64,000 bases of DNA from NCBI GenBank assembly GCA_900617105.1, contig UYFQ01000001.1:4712001-4776000 (forward strand). Direction: 5' to 3'. This DNA is from Hydrurus foetidus. Its lineage: Eukaryota. The first letter of the stretch is position 1. Every line of letters starts with the position of its first letter. The notes under the pieces are model-generated. The model did no database searches, was not told the DNA's origin, and was given only the letters and a program-made list of their open reading frames with translations. The position numbers and the translations under genes were made by a program. This document shows positions 63,301 through 64,000 of this stretch, piece by piece.

Positions 63301-63841
63301 TGCCGACCTGAACGAGGCCATGACCACGCTGGAAGATGCGATCAAAAAAATCGACGCCGAAACCCGCGACTTGCTGGCCAGCACCTTTGAAAAAGTCAAT
63401 GAGCACTTTGGCCGCATGTTCCCCGAGTTGTTTGGGGGCGGCAACGCCCAGCTCAAAATGACCGGCGAAGAAATTCTGGATGCAGGCGTGCAAGTCATTG
63501 CCCAGCCACCGGGCAAGAAAAACCAGAGCATTGCGTTGCTGTCGGGTGGTGAGAAAGCGCTGACCGCCATCGCGCTGGTTTTTGCCATTTTTCAGCTCAA
63601 CCCCGCGCCGTTTTGTTTGCTGGACGAGGTCGATGCCCCGCTGGACGACGCCAACACCGAGCGCTACGCCAAGCTGGTGAAGTCGATGAGCAAGCAAACC
63701 CAGTTTTTGTTCATCAGCCACAACAAAATTGCCATGGAAATGGCCGAGCAGCTGATTGGCGTCACCATGCAAGAGCAGGGCGTCTCGCGCATTGTGGCGG
63801 TCGACATGGAGTCGGCGCTGGGCTTTGCCGAGGCCGCTTGA
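60305..63841 (+). CDS. smc: Chromosome segregation protein SMC
   Basis: GPNGCGKSN, long coiled coils, hinge, LSGGE, LDEVDAPLD. Confidence 0.98.
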   Translation: MRLNSIKLSGFKSFVDPTNFVLPGQLVGVVGPNGCGKSNIMDAVRWVLGESKASELRGESMQDVIFNGTTTRKPASRSSVELVFDNADHRAGGQWGQFAEIAVKRVLTRDGTSSYYINNQPVRRRDVQDVFLGTGLGPRAYAIIGQGTISRIIESKPEELRLFLEEAAGVSKYKERRRETANRLEGTRENLTRVEDILRELNANLERLEKQAEVALRYNQLQADGTLKQHQLWFLKRVDASADQAKVKADFEKAGNDLEARVADLRHIESDLETIRQSHFAAGDHVNQAQGKLYEASSDVGRLEAEIRFVVDGRLRVEQRLIQLKEQTAQWATRKHDAALETETLGSQALASQEKAELLAAQSEDQAAQLPLLEETLRSAQAKANEQRGGVAQVQQQIQVLAFEQRTLAEQSRAATLRLEKLNADKNALNAPDEARLTNLNAQFAAAQIAQTALDTTLHSLTDSVPQLDADRQAKQSAVNTESAKRSDLSARLDALKALQEKVKTDGKLKPWLAKHGLDSLQGLWSRLHIEPGWENALEAALRERLSALEVSRLDLVRGFAGSEGNDTPPAKLAFYSPPAAGASAKPNAGLGLKPLADLLRLNDAGQSALLGDWLSGCYTTSKLDDALAVRAKLQNGEVIFVKNGHAVTQHSVSFYAPDSEQAGLLARAQEIENLDKQLKAQVLISEEARSASIRAEASYADAAQRLVAARRTTADAQVATHALQVEVLRLSQLAEQTRSRAEQIQVDVVDIEAQLGDLEERKAVAEGRFEELDMQLADSQERHAQFDDRVIEAERKQNEAREQQRALERQLQEAQFSQRSVTARQTELTRAIAIAAEQFETIAQEEQRASAELSSLSDVVAQTGLQSALSVKLERESDLGAKRSQYDDLTAKLRASDERRLALERDLDPLRQRMTDLQLKEQAARLGFEQYEQLLQDAQADLAAVEQSIQTGNVRLSGLQSDIDRINRDIAALGAVNLAALDELSTARERKQFLDAQSADLNEAMTTLEDAIKKIDAETRDLLASTFEKVNEHFGRMFPELFGGGNAQLKMTGEEILDAGVQVIAQPPGKKNQSIALLSGGEKALTAIALVFAIFQLNPAPFCLLDEVDAPLDDANTERYAKLVKSMSKQTQFLFISHNKIAMEMAEQLIGVTMQEQGVSRIVAVDMESALGFAEAA

Positions 63842-63872
63842 TGTCCGGCGTCACGTTTAAAACGAGCAGACC

Positions 63873-64000
63873 ATGAGCAATCTACAAATTGGCTTGGCCA
63901 TTGCGGGCGGATTGGTTCTTGCCGCGGTGGTGGCGCATGGCGCGTGGTCGGCCCGCAAAAACCAGCCCAAGCTGGCTACGGTTGACACCGCCGCCGCGCC
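63873..64000 (+). CDS. ZipA-like cell division protein, 3'-truncated by window edge
   Basis: MSNLQIGLAIAGGLVLAAVVAHGAW N-terminal anchor; usual position after smc in Betaproteobacteria. Confidence 0.7.
   Translation, partial: MSNLQIGLAIAGGLVLAAVVAHGAWSARKNQPKLATVDTAAA

Overview
Chromosomal window from a Betaproteobacterium. Gene content and order suggest Comamonadaceae (Polaromonas/Rhodoferax-like); this is an inference. Core content: 3' part of dnaE2; a Slam/DUF560-like outer-membrane protein with a FecR-domain partner; an ArsR regulator with a complete soxCDYZAXB cluster; sucA RNA motif and sucA-sucB-lpdA-zapE; PP2C, YoaA/DinG helicase, bamD, rluD, scpB, rluB; the ndk-rlmN-pilW-rodZ-ispG-hisS-yfgM-bamB-der-hfq-hflXKC-hisZ-purA-PRTase block; paiB, alpha/beta hydrolase, WS/DGAT, dsbB, smc and the start of a ZipA-like gene. 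Positions ~45.8-55.8 kb form a decaying accessory island. It holds an IS3 in a nuclease-like gene, an IS4 with a 10-bp TSD, an integrase-less attC cassette array, an IS91-type HUH + tyrosine-recombinase element whose ends resemble integron core sites, a MutH/Sau3AI-like remnant, vapBC and a broken RHH two-gene module. The most striking unannotated signal is a dispersed 41-bp double-dyad repeat (GCCC-N9-GGGC-N7-GCTA-N9-TAGC, 10 copies, 9 on +). Three copies are translated in the same frame inside soxD, soxA and bamB, two of them forming signal-peptide sequence, and one copy supplies a Shine-Dalgarno. A different REP-like inverted pair is translated in frame inside DnaE2. All calls were made by eye without database searches.
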